Shown here in pieces: positions 48,993-64,000 of a stretch of DNA of 64,000 nucleotides. Origin of the DNA: Hormiphora californensis (lineage: Eukaryota > Animalia > Ctenophora). Position 1 is the stretch's first letter; every line of letters begins with the position of its first letter. The notes under the pieces were generated by a model. It was not told the DNA's origin and did no database searches. It saw only the letters and a list, made by a program, of their open reading frames with translations. The stretch spans positions 5,394,001 to 5,458,000 of the forward strand of contig CM035360.1 of the NCBI GenBank assembly GCA_020137815.1, read 5' to 3'. Both the position numbers and the translations under genes were made by a program.

Positions 48993-49500
48993 TTAATTCG
49001 TTGCATTGTTTTTAATCAAGTATAAAATATTAAAATCATTCCTGTCTGTAAACCGCTTAGGACTGGAACCTCGGTGACCACGGAGGCTGACAACAAGGGT
49101 TTTCAGGAGACAAAATGATAGACGTTGCCGGATATACCTTATTGAGTCTGGGTATGATTGACCGGTTTTCTCAGAAAGACGATAAGCATTATACTCCATT
49201 TTTTTTTCAACTGTTCACCCCCCAAAGTCGTGCGCGGAATTTTTTTGCGCGTTTATCACATGTTAACGTGTAGCGCGCGCCACCCAAATTCTAATTTTTC
49301 ATCAAATTTCAGTTTTTGGGTGAACAGTTGAAAAAAAATGGACTTTAAGCAATCTGTTTGTATAGTTTGTCAGCTTCATTTCCAACGATACCGGATGTAG
49401 AGAAGACGACGGGAGTAAAATAACTTTTTTCCACCTGGAGGATGCGCTCTCCATAGGCCCGTTTCTTCTCATCCTCGTGTTTCTTCAAGACCTTTACAGA
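48993..49500 (-). mobile_element. C-terminal remnant of a non-LTR retrotransposon ORF (restriction-like endonuclease end, CRE-like), interrupted by a MITE
   Basis: HEDEKKRAYGERILQVEKSYFTPVVFSTSG..LYKQIA + YRLSEKTGQSY..IRQRLSFCLLKTLVVSLRG; the two parts join as KQIAYRL. Confidence 0.75.
49190..49347. mobile_element. ~155-bp MITE, copy 2
   Basis: Near-identical to 13171-13326; TAAGCA is duplicated across the insertion. Confidence 0.9.
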
Positions 49501-50000
49501 AAAAAACCGCACAGAAATCCGGGTGATTCTGGCTATTTTAACTTGCAACGCGCGATCATTATACTATAACTGCGCGGCTTTAGTTTTGCGCGTACCCTGT
49601 ATCTCGCGCGAAGTTCACTGAAAGAATGTCATCGCGCGTGCCGCTACCGATCTGCTTGGTACCATTTTGGTGCAGTTAGAACACACGCATGCAGTCACAC
49701 TACAGTTATACCACTCAGCTGTAGTGGCTTTATGACGTCAGAGATAGTTAGTTCCGGGATCTTCAGTACCATTACCCCCGTTCGTATCCGGCCAAGACAC
49801 TTTCCCATGGTCTAATCGCAAATTGGAAACAAAGACACGACAACGACCTTTTTACAATTAACTGTTCTTGTTGTTGGGGATAAAATGTACTTCTGGGGGT
49901 GATAAGCAGCAGATGTGTCAAAAACAAACACCACACAAAACATACAATCTCTCTCTCTCTCTGTCTCTCTCTCTGTCTCTCTGGCTCTCTCTCTCTCTGG

Positions 50001-50039
<39 letters not shown>

Positions 50040-50296
50040 TCTCTGTCTCTCTCTCTCTCTCTCTGTCTGTCTCTCACTCACACTCCGTAACTGAGTGACA
50101 CAGTCTCATCATCTCTCATGGCACGATATTTCTCACCATTTCCTGTTTCCCGGGTGAAATGTCACGATGTTATTACAATTTACAAATTGAGGTGATCTTG
50201 ACACATACATGGGTAGATATATTTTTAATAAGTTAAACAGTGGACTTCACCAGCATCAGCTCTGCTGCAGTTCTGCAAAAATACATTTTATATTCA

Positions 50297-63888
<13,592 letters not shown>

Positions 63889-64000
63889 CTGGTGGGAGAT
63901 AAGAGGGTTGGAATAAATTTGAAGGTAGGAGAAGCGGAATAAAATCTATCTAAAGAAAGGGTAAAATGTGAAACTTAGCACAAGTTCTAAAAAGATTACA

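Overview
Gene-dense, AT-rich, microsatellite-rich eukaryotic (animal) genomic DNA with short GT-AG introns. It is probably a cydippid ctenophore (Pleurobrachia/Hormiphora-like); this is inferred only from my recollection of a repeat family seen at 4098-4190 and is unverified. Genes I could reconstruct by hand: MSH4 (minus, 3' end not found in window) hosting three antisense nested ORFs/genes; a complete atypical PKC (plus), head-to-head with MSH4; a GT31 beta-1,3-glycosyltransferase; a small membrane ORF; a GT12 B4GALNT1/2-like gene; an uncharacterised four-repeat protein; terminal exons of an acidic protein; a TRF-like telobox protein split over two frames; and a PHTF homolog (minus, 5' end outside window) carrying a same-strand nested intronless secreted SOUL-domain gene. 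Non-autonomous mobile DNA is abundant: kb-scale foldback palindromes, MITEs with TSDs, Helitron/Helentron-type elements (one with a phased array of RFX X-box motifs) and a retrotransposon endonuclease remnant. Many single-base frameshifts, mostly in homopolymers, suggest consensus errors, so apparent recoding or pseudogenes need caution. No rRNA, tRNA or CRISPR features were seen. All homology calls are from motif recognition, not database searches.
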